From Auanema rhodensis (Eukaryota; Animalia; Nematoda), in assembly GCA_964057225.1 (NCBI GenBank), contig OZ059894.1:4836001-4900000 (forward strand): a DNA stretch of 64,000 nt, read 5' to 3'. The notes under the pieces are model-generated. The model was not told the DNA's origin and searched no databases. It saw only the letters and a list, made by a program, of their open reading frames with translations. The position numbers and the translations under genes were made by a program. Shown piece by piece: positions 30,201 through 45,200 of the stretch (position 1 is its first letter; the number at the start of each line of letters is the position of its first letter).

Positions 30201-33200
30201 TTTCAAACGATCATAACTAATTTTTGTATTAAGCGTTTCTCAATGTAGTATAGTGCATTCGATGCGGATTTTTAAGCTGCGTCGATCTGTGTTATCAGAT
30301 TTGCGCTAGCTTAAAAATGCACCGAGATATCAACTGATACAAGTTCACACATATATCCTCGATTTTCACCCTGAAGAAATAATTTTTTCGTTGAATAACA
30401 TCGTCCATCGTCTTTGCCTTGAAAAAAGGAATCTAAAAACATCTACTTTTTGCTAAATTATTTTGAAATTTTTCGAAAAAATTTTTGTCAAAATGTTTTT
30501 GGAAGCAATGTTGAGTGTACATGGAAACTCAACATACACTAATGCATCATTTTTCAAACGATCATAACTAATTTTTGTATTAAGCGTTTCTCAATGTAGT
30601 ATAGTGCATTCGATGCGGATTTTTAAGCTGCGTCGATCTGTGTTATCAGATTTGCGCTAGCTTAAAAATGCACCGAGATATCAACTGATACAAGTTCACA
30701 CTTATATCCTCGATTTTCACCCTGAAGAAATAATTTTTTCGTTGAATAACATCGTCCATCGTCTTTGCCTTGAAAAAAGGAATCTAAAAACATCTACTTT
30801 TTGCTAAATTATTTTGAAATTTTTCGAAAAAATTTTTGTCAAAATTTTTTGGAAGCAATGTTGAGTGTACATGGAAACTCAACATACACTAATGCATCAT
30901 TTTTCAAACGATCATAACTAATTTTTGTATTAAGCGTTTCTCAATGTAGTATAGTGCATTCGATGCGGATTTTTAAGCTGCGTCGATCTGTGTTATCAGA
31001 TTTGCGCTAGCTTAAAAATGCACCGAGATATCAACTGATATAAGTTCACACTTATATCCTCGATTTTCACCCTGAAGAAATAATTTTTTCGTTGAATAAC
31101 ATCGTCCATCGTCTTTGCCTTGAAAAAAGGAATCTAAAAACATCTACTTTTTGCTAAATAATTTTGAAATTTTTCGAAAAAATTTTTGTCAAAATGTTTT
31201 TGGAAGCAATGTTGAGTGTACATGGAAACTCAACATACACTAATGCATCATTTTTCAAACGATCATAACTAATTTTTGTATCAAGCGTTTCTTAATGTAG
31301 TATAGTGCATTCGATCCGGATTTTTAAGCTGCGTCGATCTGTGTTATCAGATTTGCGCTAGCTTAAAAATGCACCGAGATATCAACTGATATAAGTTCAC
31401 ACTTATATCCTCGATTTTCACCCTGAAGAAATAATTTTTTCGTTGAATAACATCGTCCATCGTCTTTGCCTTGAAAAAAGAAATCTAAAAACATCTACTT
31501 TTTGCTAAATTATTTTGAAATTTTTCGAAAAAATTTTTGTCAAAATGTTTTTGGAAGCAATGTTGAGTGTACATGGAAACTCAACATACACAAATGCATC
31601 ATTTTTCAAACGATCATAACTAATTTTTGTATTAAGCGTTTCTCAATGTAGTATAGTGCATTCGATGCGGATTTTTAAGCTGCGTCGATCTGTGTTATCA
31701 GATTTGCGCTAGCTTAAAAATGCACCGAGATATCAACTGATACAAGTTCACACATATATCCTCGATTTTCACCCTGAAGAAATAATTTTTTCGTTGAATA
31801 ACATCGTCCATCGTCTTTGCCTTGAAAAAAGGAATCTAAAAACATCTACTTTTTGCTAAATTATTTTGAAATTTTTCGAAAAAATTTTTGTCAAAATGTT
31901 TTTGGAAGCAATGTTGAGTGTACATGGAAACTCAACATACACTAATGCATCATTTTTCAAACGATCATAACTAATTTTTGTATTAAGCGTTTCTCAATGT
32001 AGTATAGTGCATTCGATGCGGATTTTTAAGCTGCGTCGATCTGTGTTATCAGATTTGCGCTAGCTTAAAAATGCACCGAGATATCAACTGATACAAGTTC
32101 ACACTTATATCCTCGATTTTCACCCTGAAGAAATAATTTTTTCGTTGAATAACATCGTCCATCGTCTTTGCCTTGAAAAAAGGAATCTAAAAACATCTAC
32201 TTTTTGCTAAATTATTTTGAAATTTTTCGAAAAAATTTTTGTCAAAATTTTTTGGAAGCAATGTTGAGTGTACATGGAAACTCAACATACACTAATGCAT
32301 CATTTTTCAAACGATCATAACTAATTTTTGTATTAAGCGTTTCTCAATGTAGTATAGTGCATTCGATGCGGATTTTTAAGCTGCGTCGATCTGTGTTATC
32401 AGATTTGCGCTAGCTTAAAAATGCACCGAGATATCAACTGATATAAGTTCACACTTATATCCTCGATTTTCACCCTGAAGAAATAATTTTTTCGTTGAAT
32501 AACATCGTCCATCGTCTTTGCCTTGAAAAAAGGAATCTAAAAACATCTACTTTTTGCTAAATAATTTTGAAATTTTTCGAAAAAATTTTTGTCAAAATGT
32601 TTTTGGAAGCAATGTTGAGTGTACATGGAAACTCAACATACACTAATGCATCATTTTTCAAACGATCATAACTAATTTTTGTATCAAGCGTTTCTTAATG
32701 TAGTATAGTGCATTCGATCCGGATTTTTAAGCTGCGTCGATCTGTGTTATCAGATTTGCGCTAGCTTAAAAATGCACCGAGATATCAACTGATATAAGTT
32801 CACACTTATATCCTCGATTTTCACCCTGAAGAAATAATTTTTTCGTTGAATAACATCGTCCATCGTCTTTGCCTTGAAAAAAGAAATCTAAAAACATCTA
32901 CTTTTTGCTAAATTATTTTGAAATTTTTCGAAAAAATTTTTGTCAAAATGTTTTTGGAAGCAATGTTGAGTGTACATGGAAACTCAACATACACAAATGC
33001 ATCATTTTTCAAACGATCATAACTAATTTTTGTATTAAGCGTTTCTCAATGTAGTATAGTGCATTCGATGCGGATTTTTAAGCTGCGTCGATCTGTGTTA
33101 TCAGATTTGCGCTAGCTTAAAAATGCACCGAGATATCAACTGATATAAGTTCACACTTATATCCTCGATTTTCACCCTGAAGAAATAATTTTTTCGTTGA

Positions 33201-36200
33201 ATAACATTGGCCATCGTCTTTGCCTTGAAAAAAGGATTCTAAAAACATCTACTTTTTGCTAAATTATTTCGAAATTTTTCGAAAAAATTTTTGTCAAAAT
33301 GTTTTTGGAAGCAATGTTGAGTGTACATGGAAACTCAACATACACTAATGCATCATTTTTCAAACGATCATAACTAATTTTTGTATCAAGCGTTTCTTAA
33401 TGTAGTATAGTGCATTCGATCCGGATTTTTAAGCTGCGTCGATCTGTGTTATCAGATTTGCGCTAGCTTAAAAATGCACCGAGATATCAACTGATATAAG
33501 TTCACACTTATATCCTCGATTTTCACCCTGAAGAAATAATTTTTTCGTTGAATAACATCGTCCATCGTCTTTGCCTTGAAAAAAGGAATCTAAAAACATC
33601 TACTTTTTGCTAAATTATTTTGAAATTTTTCGAAAAAATTTTTGTCAAAATGTTTTTGGAAGCAATGTTGAGTGTACATGGAAACTCAACATACACTAAT
33701 GCATCATTTTTCAAACGATCATAACTAATTTTTGTATTAAGCGTTTCTCAATGTAGTATAGTGCATTCGATGCGGATTTTTAAGCTGCGTCGATCTGTGT
33801 TATCAGATTTGCGCTAGCTTAAAAATGCACCGAGATATCAACTGATACAAGTTCACACTTATATCCTCGATTTTCACCCTGAAGAAATAATTTTTTCGTT
33901 GAATAACATCGTCCATCGTCTTTGCCTTGAAAAAAGGAATCTAAAAACATCTACTTTTTGCTAAATTATTTTGAAATTTTTCGAAAAAATTTTTGTCAAA
34001 ATGTTTTTGGAAGCAATGTTGAGTGTACATGGAAACTCAACATACACTAATGCATCATTTTTCAAACGATCATAACTAATTTTTGTATTAAGCGTTTCTC
34101 AATGTAGTATAGTGCATTCGATGCGGATTTTTAAGCTGCGTCGATCTGTGTTATCAGATTTGCGCTAGCTTAAAAATGCACCGAGATATCAACTGATACA
34201 AGTTCACACTTATATCCTCGATTTTCACCCTGAAGAAATAATTTTTTCGTTGAATAACATCGTCCATCGTCTTTGCCTTGAAAAAAGGAATCTAAAAACA
34301 TCTACTTTTTGCTAAATTATCTTGAAATTTTTCGAAAAAATTTTTGTCAAAATGTTTTTGGAAGCAATGTTGAGTGTACATGAAAACTCAACATACACTA
34401 ATGCATCATTTTTCAAACGATCATAACTAATTTTTGTATTAAGCGTTTCTCAATGTAGTATAGTGCATTCGATGCGGATTTTTAAGCTGCGTCGATCTGT
34501 GTTATCAGATTTGCGCTAGCTTAAAAATGCACCGAGATATCAACTGATATAAGTTCACACTTATATCCTCGATTTTCACCCTGAAGAAATAATTTTTTCG
34601 TTGAATAACATCGTCCATCGTCTTTGCCTTGAAAAAAGGAATCTAAAAACATCTACTTTTTGCTAAATAATTTTGAAATTTTTCGAAAAAATTTTTGTCA
34701 AAATGTTTTTGGAAGCAATGTTGAGTGTACATGGAAACTCAACATACACTAATGCATCATTTTTCAAACGATCATAACTAATTTTTGTATCAAGCGTTTC
34801 TTAATGTAGTATAGTGCATTCGATCCGGATTTTTAAGCTGCGTCGATCTGTGTTATCAGATTTGCGCTAGCTTAAAAATGCACCGAGATATCAACTGATA
34901 TAAGTTCACACTTATATCCTCGATTTTCACCCTGAAGAAATAATTTTTTCGTTGAATAACATCGTCCATCGTCTTTGCCTTGAAAAAAGAAATCTAAAAA
35001 CATCTACTTTTTGCTAAATTATTTTGAAATTTTTCGAAAAAATTTTTGTCAAAATGTTTTTGGAAGCAATGTTGAGTGTACATGGAAACTCAACATACAC
35101 AAATGCATCATTTTTCAAACGATCATAACTAATTTTTGTATTAAGCGTTTCTCAATGTAGTATAGTGCATTCGATGCGGATTTTTAAGCTGCGTCGATCT
35201 GTGTTATCAGATTTGCGCTAGCTTAAAAATGCACCGAGATATCAACTGATATAAGTTCACACTTATATCCTCGATTTTCACCCTGAAGAAATAATTTTTT
35301 CGTTGAATAACATTGGCCATCGTCTTTGCCTTGAAAAAAGGATTCTAAAAACATCTACTTTTTGCTAAATTATTTCGAAATTTTTCGAAAAAATTTTTGT
35401 CAAAATGTTTTTGGAAGCAATGTTGAGTGTACATGGAAACTCAACATACACTAATGCATCATTTTTCAAACGATCATAACTAATTTTTGTATCAAGCGTT
35501 TCTTAATGTAGTATAGTGCATTCGATCCGGATTTTTAAGCTGCGTCGATCTGTGTTATCAGATTTGCGCTAGCTTAAAAATGCACCGAGATATCAACTGA
35601 TATAAGTTCACACTTATATCCTCGATTTTCACCCTGAAGAAATAATTTTTTCGTTGAATAACATCGTCCATCGTCTTTGCCTTGAAAAAAGGAATCTAAA
35701 AACATCTACTTTTTGCTAAATTATTTTGAAATTTTTCGAAAAAATTTTTGTCAAAATGTTTTTGGAAGCAATGTTGAGTGTACATGGAAACTCAACATAC
35801 ACTAATGCATCATTTTTCAAACGATCATAACTAATTTTTGTATTAAGCGTTTCTCAATGTAGTATAGTGCATTCGATGCGGATTTTTAAGCTGCGTCGAT
35901 CTGTGTTATCAGATTTGCGCTAGCTTAAAAATGCACCGAGATATCAACTGATACAAGTTCACACTTATATCCTCGATTTTCACCCTGAAGAAATAATTTT
36001 TTCGTTGAATAACATCGTCCATCGTCTTTGCCTTGAAAAAAGGAATCTAAAAACATCTACTTTTTGCTAAATTATTTTGAAATTTTTCGAAAAAATTTTT
36101 GTCAAAATGTTTTTGGAAGCAATGTTGAGTGTACATGGAAACTCAACATACACTAATGCATCATTTTTCAAACGATCATAACTAATTTTTGTATTAAGCG

Positions 36201-39200
36201 TTTCTCAATGTAGTATAGTGCATTCGATGCGGATTTTTAAGCTGCGTCGATCTGTGTTATCAGATTTGCGCTAGCTTAAAAATGCACCGAGATATCAACT
36301 GATACAAGTTCACACTTATATCCTCGATTTTCACCCTGAAGAAATAATTTTTTCGTTGAATAACATCGTCCATCGTCTTTGCCTTGAAAAAAGGAATCTA
36401 AAAACATCTACTTTTTGCTAAATTATTTTGAAATTTTTCGAAAAAATTTTTGTCAAAATGTTTTTGGAAGCAATGTTGAGTGTACATGGAAACTCAACAT
36501 ACACTAATGCATCATTTTTCAAACGATCATAACTAATTTTTGTATTAAGCGTTTCTCAATGTAGTATAGTGCATTCGATGCGGATTTTTAAGCTGCGTCG
36601 ATCTGTGTTATCAGATTTGCGCTAGCTTAAAAATGCACCGAGATATCAACTGATATAAGTTCACACTTATATCCTCGATTTTCACCCTGAAGAAATAATT
36701 TTTTCGTTGAATAACATCGTCCATCGTCTTTGCCTTGAAAAAAGGAATCTAAAAACATCTACTTTTTGCTAAATTATTTTGAAATTTTTCGAAAAAATTT
36801 TTGTCAAAATGTTTTTGGAAGCAATGTTGAGTGTACATGGAAACTCAACATACACTAATGCATCATTTTTCAAACGATCATAACTAATTTTTGTATTAAG
36901 CGTTTCTCAATGTAGTATAGTGCATTCGATGCGGATTTTTAAGCTGCGTCGATCTGTGTTATCAGATTTGCGCTAGCTTAAAAATGCACCGAGATATCAA
37001 CTGATACAAGTTCACACTTATATCCTCGATTTTCACCCTGAAGAAATAATTTTTTCGTTGAATAACATCGTCCATCGTCTTTGCCTTGAAAAAAGGAATC
37101 TAAAAACATCTACTTTTTGCTAAATTATTTTGAAATTTTTCGAAAAAATTTTTGTCAAAATGTTTTTGGAAGCAATGTTGAGTGTACATGGAAACTCAAC
37201 ATACACTAATGCATCATTTTTCAAACGATCATAACTAATTTTTGTATTAAGCGTTTCTCAATGTAGTATAGTGCATTCGATGCGGATTTTTAAGCTGCGT
37301 CGATCTGTGTTATCAGATTTGCGCTAGCTTAAAAATGCACCGAGATATCAACTGATATAAGTTCACACTTATATCCTCGATTTTCACCCTGAAGAAATAA
37401 TTTTTTCGTTGAATAACATCGTCCATCGTCTTTGCCTTGAAAAAAGGAATCTAAAAACATCTACTTTTTGCTAAATTATTTTGAAATTTTTCGAAAAAAT
37501 TTTTGTCAAAATGTTTTTGGAAGCAATGTTGAGTGTACATGGAAACTCAACATACACTAATGCATCATTTTTCAAACGATCATAACTAATTTTTGTATCA
37601 AGCGTTTCTTAATGTAGTATAGTGCATTCGATCCGGATTTTTAAGCTGCGTCGATCTGTGTTATCAGATTTGCGCTAGCTTAAAAATGCACCGAGATATC
37701 AACTGATATAAGTTCACACTTATATCCTCGATTTTCACCCTGAAGAAATAATTTTTTCGTTGAATAACATCGTCCATCGTCTTTGCCTTGAAAAAAGGAA
37801 TCTAAAAACATCTACTTTTTGCTAAATTATTTTGAAATTTTTCGAAAAAATTTTTGTCAAAATGTTTTTGGAAGCAATGTTGAGTGTACATGGAAACTCA
37901 ACATACACTAATGCATCATTTTTCAAACGATCATAACTAATTTTTGTATTAAGCGTTTCTCAATGTAGTATAGTGCATTCGATGCGGATTTTTAAGCTGC
38001 GTCGATCTGTGTTATCAGATTTGCGCTAGCTTAAAAATGCACCGAGATATCAACTGATATAAGTTCACACTTATATCCTCGATTTTCACCCTGAAGAAAT
38101 AATTTTTTCGTTGAATAACATTGGCCATCGTCTTTGCCTTGAAAAAAGGATTCTAAAAATATCTACTTTTTGCTAAATTATTTCGAAATTTTTCGAAAAA
38201 ATTTTTGTCAAAATGTTTTTGGAAGCAATGTTGAGTGTACATGGAAACTCAACATACACTAATGCATCATTTTTCAAACGATCATAACTAATTTTTGTAT
38301 CAAGCGTTTCTTAATGTAGTATAGTGCATTCGATCCGGATTTTTAAGCTGCGTCGATCTGTGTTATCAGATTTGCGCTAGCTTAAAAATGCACCGAGATA
38401 TCAACTGATATAAGTTCACACTTATATCCTCGATTTTCACCCTGAAGAAATAATTTTTTCGTTGAATAACATCGTCCATCGTCTTTGCCTTGAAAAAAGG
38501 AATCTAAAAACATCTACTTTTTGCTAAATTATTTTGAAATTTTTCGAAAAAATTTTTGTCAAAATGTTTTTGGAAGCAATGTTGAGTGTACATGGAAACT
38601 CAACATACACTAATGCATCATTTTTCAAACGATCATAACTAATTTTTGTATTAAGCGTTTCTCAATGTAGTATAGTGCATTCGATGCGGATTTTTAAGCT
38701 GCGTCGATCTGTGTTATCAGATTTGCGCTAGCTTAAAAATGCACCGAGATATCAACTGATATAAGTTCACACTTATATCCTCGATTTTCACCCTGAAGAA
38801 ATAATTTTTTCGTTGAATAACATTGGCCATCGTCTTTGCCTTGAAAAAAGGATTCTAAAAACATCTACTTTTTGCTAAATTATTTCGAAATTTTTCGAAA
38901 AAATTTTTGTCAAAATGTTTTTGGAAGCAATGTTGAGTGTACATGGAAACTCAACATACACTAATGCATCATTTTTCAAACGATCATAACTAATTTTTGT
39001 ATCAAGCGTTTCTTAATGTAGTATAGTGCATTCGATCCGGATTTTTAAGCTGCGTCGATCTGTGTTATCAGATTTGCGCTAGCTTAAAAATGCACCGAGA
39101 TATCAACTGATATAAGTTCACACTTATATCCTCGATTTTCACCCTGAAGAAATAATTTTTTCGTTGAATAACATCGTCCATCGTCTTTGCCTTGAAAAAA

Positions 39201-42200
39201 GGAATCTAAAAACATCTACTTTTTGCTAAATTATTTTGAAATTTTTCGAAAAAATTTTTGTCAAAATTTTTTGGAAGCAATGTTGAGTGTACATGGAAAC
39301 TCAACATACACTAATGCATCATTTTTCAAACGATCATAACTAATTTTTGTATTAAGCGTTTTTCAATGTAGTATAGTGCATTCGATGCGGATTTTTAAGC
39401 TGCGTCGATCTGTGTTATCAGATTTGCGCTAGCTTAAAAATGCACCGAGATATCAACTGATACAAGTTCACACTTATATCCTCGATTTTCACCCTGAAGA
39501 AATAATTTTTTCGTTGAATAACATTGTCCATCGTCTTTGCCTTAAAAAAAGGATTCTAAAAACATCTACTTTTTGCTAAATTATTTTGAAATTTTTCGAA
39601 AAAATTTTCGTCAAAATGTTTTTGGAAGCAGTGTTGAGTGTACATGGAAACTCAACATACACTAATGCATCATTTTTCAAACGATCATAACTAATTTTTG
39701 TATCAAGCGTTTTTCAATGTAGTATAGTGCATTCGATGCGGATTTTTAAGCTGCGTCGATCTGTGTTATCAGATTTGCGCTAGCTTAAAAATGCACCGAG
39801 ATATCAACTGATACAAGTTCACACTTATATCCTCGATTTTCACCCTGAAGAAATAATTTTTTCGTTGAATAACATTGTCCATCGTCTTTGCCTTGAAAAA
39901 AGGATTCTAAAAACATCTACTTTTTGCTAAATTATCTTGAAATTTTTCGAAAAAATTTTTGTCAAAATTTTTTGGAAGCAATGTTGAGTGTACATGGAAA
40001 CTCAACATACACTAATGCATCATTTTTCAAACGATCATAACTAATTTTTGTATCAAGCGCTTTTCAATGTAGTATAGTGCATTCGATGCGGATTTTTAAG
40101 CTGCGTCGATCTGTGTTATCAGATTTGCGCTAGCTTAAAAATGCACCGAGATATCAACTGATACAAGTTCACACTTATATCCTCGATTTTCACCCTGAAG
40201 AAATAATTTTTTCGTTGAATAACATTGTCCATCGTCTTTGCCTTAAAAAAAGGATTCTAAAAACATCTACTTTTTGCTAAATTATTTTGAAATTTTTCGA
40301 AAAAATTTTTGTCAAAATGTTTTTGGAAGCAGTGTTGAGTGTACATGGAAACTCAACATACACTAATGCATCATTTTTCAAACGATCATAACTAATTTTT
40401 GTATTAAGCTTCTCTCAATGTAGTATAGTGCATTCGATGCGGATTTTTAAGCTGCGTCGATCTGTGTTATCAGATTTGCGCTAGCTTAAAAATGCACCGA
40501 GATATCAACTGATATAAGTTCACACTTATATCCTCGATTTTCACCCTGAAGAATTAATTTTTTCGTTGAATAACATTGTCTATCGTCTTTGCGTTGAAAA
40601 ATGGAATCTAAAAACATCTACTTTTTGCTAAATTATTTTGAAATTTTTCGAAAAAATTTTTGTCAAAATTTTTTGGAAGCAATGTTGAGTGTACATGGAA
40701 ACTCAACATACACTAATGCATCATTTTTCAAACGATCATAACTAATTTTTGTATCAAGCGTTTTTCAATGTAGTATAGTGCATTCGATGCGGATTTTTAA
40801 GCTGCGTCGATCTGTGTTATCAGATTTGCGCTAGCTTAAAAATGCACCGAGATATCAACTGATACAAGTTCACACTTATATCCTCGATTTTCACCCTGAA
40901 GAAATAATTTTTTCGTTGAATAACATTGTCCATCGTCTTTGCCTTAAAAAAAGGATTCTAAAAACATCTACTTTTTGCTAAATTATTTTGAAATTGTTCG
41001 AAAAAATTTTTGTCAAAATGTTTTTGGAAGCAGTGTTGAGTGTACATGGAAACTCAACATACACTAATGCATCATTTTTCAAACGATCATAACTAATTTT
41101 TGTATTAAGCTTCTCTCAATGTAGTATAGTGCATTCGATGCGGATTTTTAAGCTGCGTCGATCTGTGTTATCAGATTTGCGATAGCTTAAAAATGCACCG
41201 AGATATCAACTGATATAAGTTCACACTTATATCCTCGATTTTCACCCTGAAGAATTAATTTTTTCGTTGAATAACATTGTCCATCGTCTTTGCCTTAAAA
41301 AAAGGATTCTAAAAACATCTACTTTTTGCTAAATTATTTTGAAATTTTTCGAAAAAATTTTTGTCAAAATGTTTTTGGAAGCAATGTTGAGTGTACATGG
41401 AAACTCAACATACACTAATGCATCATTTTTCAAACGATCATAACTAATTTTTGTATTAAGCGTTTCTCAATGTAGTATAGTGCATTCGATGCGGATTTTT
41501 AAGCTGCGTCGATCTGTGTTATCAGATTTGCGCTAGCTTAAAAATGCACCGAGATATCAACTGATATAAGTTCACACTTATATCCTCGATTTTCACCCTG
41601 AAGAAATAATTTTTTCGTTGAATAACATCGTCCATCGTCTTTGCCTTGAAAAAAGGAATCTAAAAACATCTACTTTTTGCTAAATTATTTTGAAATTTTT
41701 CGAAAAAATTTTTGTCAAAATGTTTTTGGAAGCAATGTTGAGTGTACATGGAAACTCAACATACACTAATGCATCATTTTTCAAACGATCATAACTAATT
41801 TTTGTATCAAGCGTTTCTTAATGTAGTATAGTGCATTCGATCCGGATTTTTAAGCTGCGTCGATCTGTGTTATCAGATTTGCGCTAGCTTAAAAATGCAC
41901 CGAGATATCAACTGATATAAGTTCACACTTATATCCTCGATTTTCACCCTGAAGAAATAATTTTTTCGTTGAATAACATCGTCCATCGTCTTTGCCTTGA
42001 AAAAAGGAATCTAAAAACATCTACTTTTTGCTAAATTATTTTGAAATTTTTCGAAAAAATTTTTGTCAAAATGTTTTTGGAAGCAATGTTGAGTGTACAT
42101 GGAAACTCAACATACACTAATGCATCATTTTTCAAACGATCATAACTAATTTTTGTATTAAGCGTTTCTCAATGTAGTATAGTGCATTCGATGCGGATTT

Positions 42201-45200
42201 TTAAGCTGCGTCGATCTGTGTTATCAGATTTGCGCTAGCTTAAAAATGCACCGAGATATCAACTGATATAAGTTCACACTTATATCCTCGATTTTCACCC
42301 TGAAGAAATAATTTTTTCGTTGAATAACATTGGCCATCGTCTTTGCCTTGAAAAAAGGATTCTAAAAACATCTACTTTTTGCTAAATTATTTCGAAATTT
42401 TTCGAAAAAATTTTTGTCAAAATGTTTTTGGAAGCAATGTTGAGTGTACATGGAAACTCAACATACACTAATGCATCATTTTTCAAACGATCATAACTAA
42501 TTTTTGTATCAAGCGTTTCTTAATGTAGTATAGTGCATTGGATCCGGATTTTTAAGCTGCGTCGATCTGTGTTATCAGATTTGCGCTAGCTTAAAAATGC
42601 ACCGAGATATCAACTGATATAAGTTCACACTTATATCCTCGATTTTCACCCTGAAGAAATAATTTTTTCGTTGAATAACATTGTCCATCGTCTTTGCCTT
42701 AAAAAAAGGATTCTAAAAACATCTACTTTTTGCTAAATTATTTTGAAATTTTTCGAAAAAATTTTTGTCAAAATGTTTTTGGAAGCAGTGTTGAGTGTAC
42801 ATGGAAACTCAACATACACTAATGCATCATTTTTCAAACGATCATAACTAATTTTTGTATTAAGCTTCTCTCAATGTAGTATAGTGCATTCGATGCGGAT
42901 TTTTAAGCTGCGTCGATCTGTGTTATCAGATTTGCGCTAGCTTAAAAATGCACCGAGATATCAACTGATATAAGTTCACACTTATATCCTCGATTTTCAC
43001 CCTGAAGAATTAATTTTTTCGTTGAATAACATTGTCTATCGTCTTTGCGTTGAAAAATGGAATCTAAAAACATCTACTTTTTGCTAAATTATTTTGAAAT
43101 TTTTCGAAAAAATTTTTGTCAAAATGTTTTTGGAAGCAATGTTGAGTGTACATGGAAACTCAACATACACTAATGCATCATTTTTCAAACGATCATAACT
43201 AATTTTTGTATCAAGCGTTTTTCAATGTAGTATAGTGCATTCGATGCGGATTTTTAAGCTGCGTCGATCTGTGTTATCAGATTTGCGCTAGCTTAAAAAT
43301 GCACCGAGATATCAACTGATACAAGTTCACACTTATATCCTCGATTTTCACCCTGAAGAAATAATTTTTTCGTTGAATAACATTGTCCATCGTCTTTGCC
43401 TTAAAAAAAGGATTCTAAAAACATCTACTTTTTGCTAAATTATTTTGAAATTTTTCGAAAAAATTTTTGTCAAAATGTTTTTGGAAGCAGTGTTGAGTGT
43501 ACATGGAAACTCAACATACACTAATGCATCATTTTTCAAACGATCATAACTAATTTTTGTATTAAGCTTCTCTCAATGTAGTATAGTGCATTCGATGCGG
43601 ATTTTTAAGCTGCGTCGATCTGTGTTATCAGATTTGCGATAGCTTAAAAATGCACCGAGATATCAACTGATATAAGTTCACACTTATATCCTCGATTTTC
43701 ACCCTGAAGAATTAATTTTTTCGTTGAATAACATTGTCCATCGTCTTTGCCTTAAAAAAAGGATTCTAAAAACATCTACTTTTTGCTAAATTATTTTGAA
43801 ATTTTTCGAAAAAATTTTTGTCAAAATGTTTTTGGAAGCAATGTTGAGTGTACATGGAAACTCAACATACACTAATGCATCATTTTTCAAACGATCATAA
43901 CTAATTTTTGTATTAAGCGTTTCTCAATGTAGTATAGTGCATTCGATGCGGATTTTTAAGCTGCGTCGATCTGTGTTATCAGATTTGCGCTAGCTTAAAA
44001 ATGCACCGAGATATCAACTGATATAAGTTCACACTTATATCCTCGATTTTCACCCTGAAGAAATAATTTTTTCGTTGAATAACATCGTCCATCGTCTTTG
44101 CCTTGAAAAAAGGAATCTAAAAACATCTACTTTTTGCTAAATTATTTTGAAATTTTTCGAAAAAATTTTTGTCAAAATGTTTTTGGAAGCAATGTTGAGT
44201 GTACATGGAAACTCAACATACACTAATGCATCATTTTTCAAACGATCATAACTAATTTTTGTATCAAGCGTTTCTTAATGTAGTATAGTGCATTCGATCC
44301 GGATTTTTAAGCTGCGTCGATCTGTGTTATCAGATTTGCGCTAGCTTAAAAATGCACCGAGATATCAACTGATATAAGTTCACACTTATATCCTCGATTT
44401 TCACCCTGAAGAAATAATTTTTTCGTTGAATAACATCGTCCATCGTCTTTGCCTTGAAAAAAGGAATCTAAAAACATCTACTTTTTGCTAAATTATTTTG
44501 AAATTTTTCGAAAAAATTTTTGTCAAAATGTTTTTGGAAGCAATGTTGAGTGTACATGGAAACTCAACATACACTAATGCATCATTTTTCAAACGATCAT
44601 AACTAATTTTTGTATTAAGCGTTTCTCAATGTAGTATAGTGCATTCGATGCGGATTTTTAAGCTGCGTCGATCTGTGTTATCAGATTTGCGCTAGCTTAA
44701 AAATGCACCGAGATATCAACTGATATAAGTTCACACTTATATCCTCGATTTTCACCCTGAAGAAATAATTTTTTCGTTGAATAACATTGGCCATCGTCTT
44801 TGCCTTGAAAAAAGGATTCTAAAAACATCTACTTTTTGCTAAATTATTTCGAAATTTTTCGAAAAAATTTTTGTCAAAATGTTTTTGGAAGCAATGTTGA
44901 GTGTACATGGAAACTCAACATACACTAATGCATCATTTTTCAAACGATCATAACTAATTTTTGTATCAAGCGTTTCTTAATGTAGTATAGTGCATTCGAT
45001 CCGGATTTTTAAGCTGCGTCGATCTGTGTTATCAGATTTGCGCTAGCTTAAAAATGCACCGAGATATCAACTGATATAAGTTCACACTTATATCCTCGAT
45101 TTTCACCCTGAAGAAATAATTTTTTCGTTGAATAACATCGTCCATCGTCTTTGCCTTGAAAAAAGGAATCTAAAAACATCTACTTTTTGCTAAATTATTT

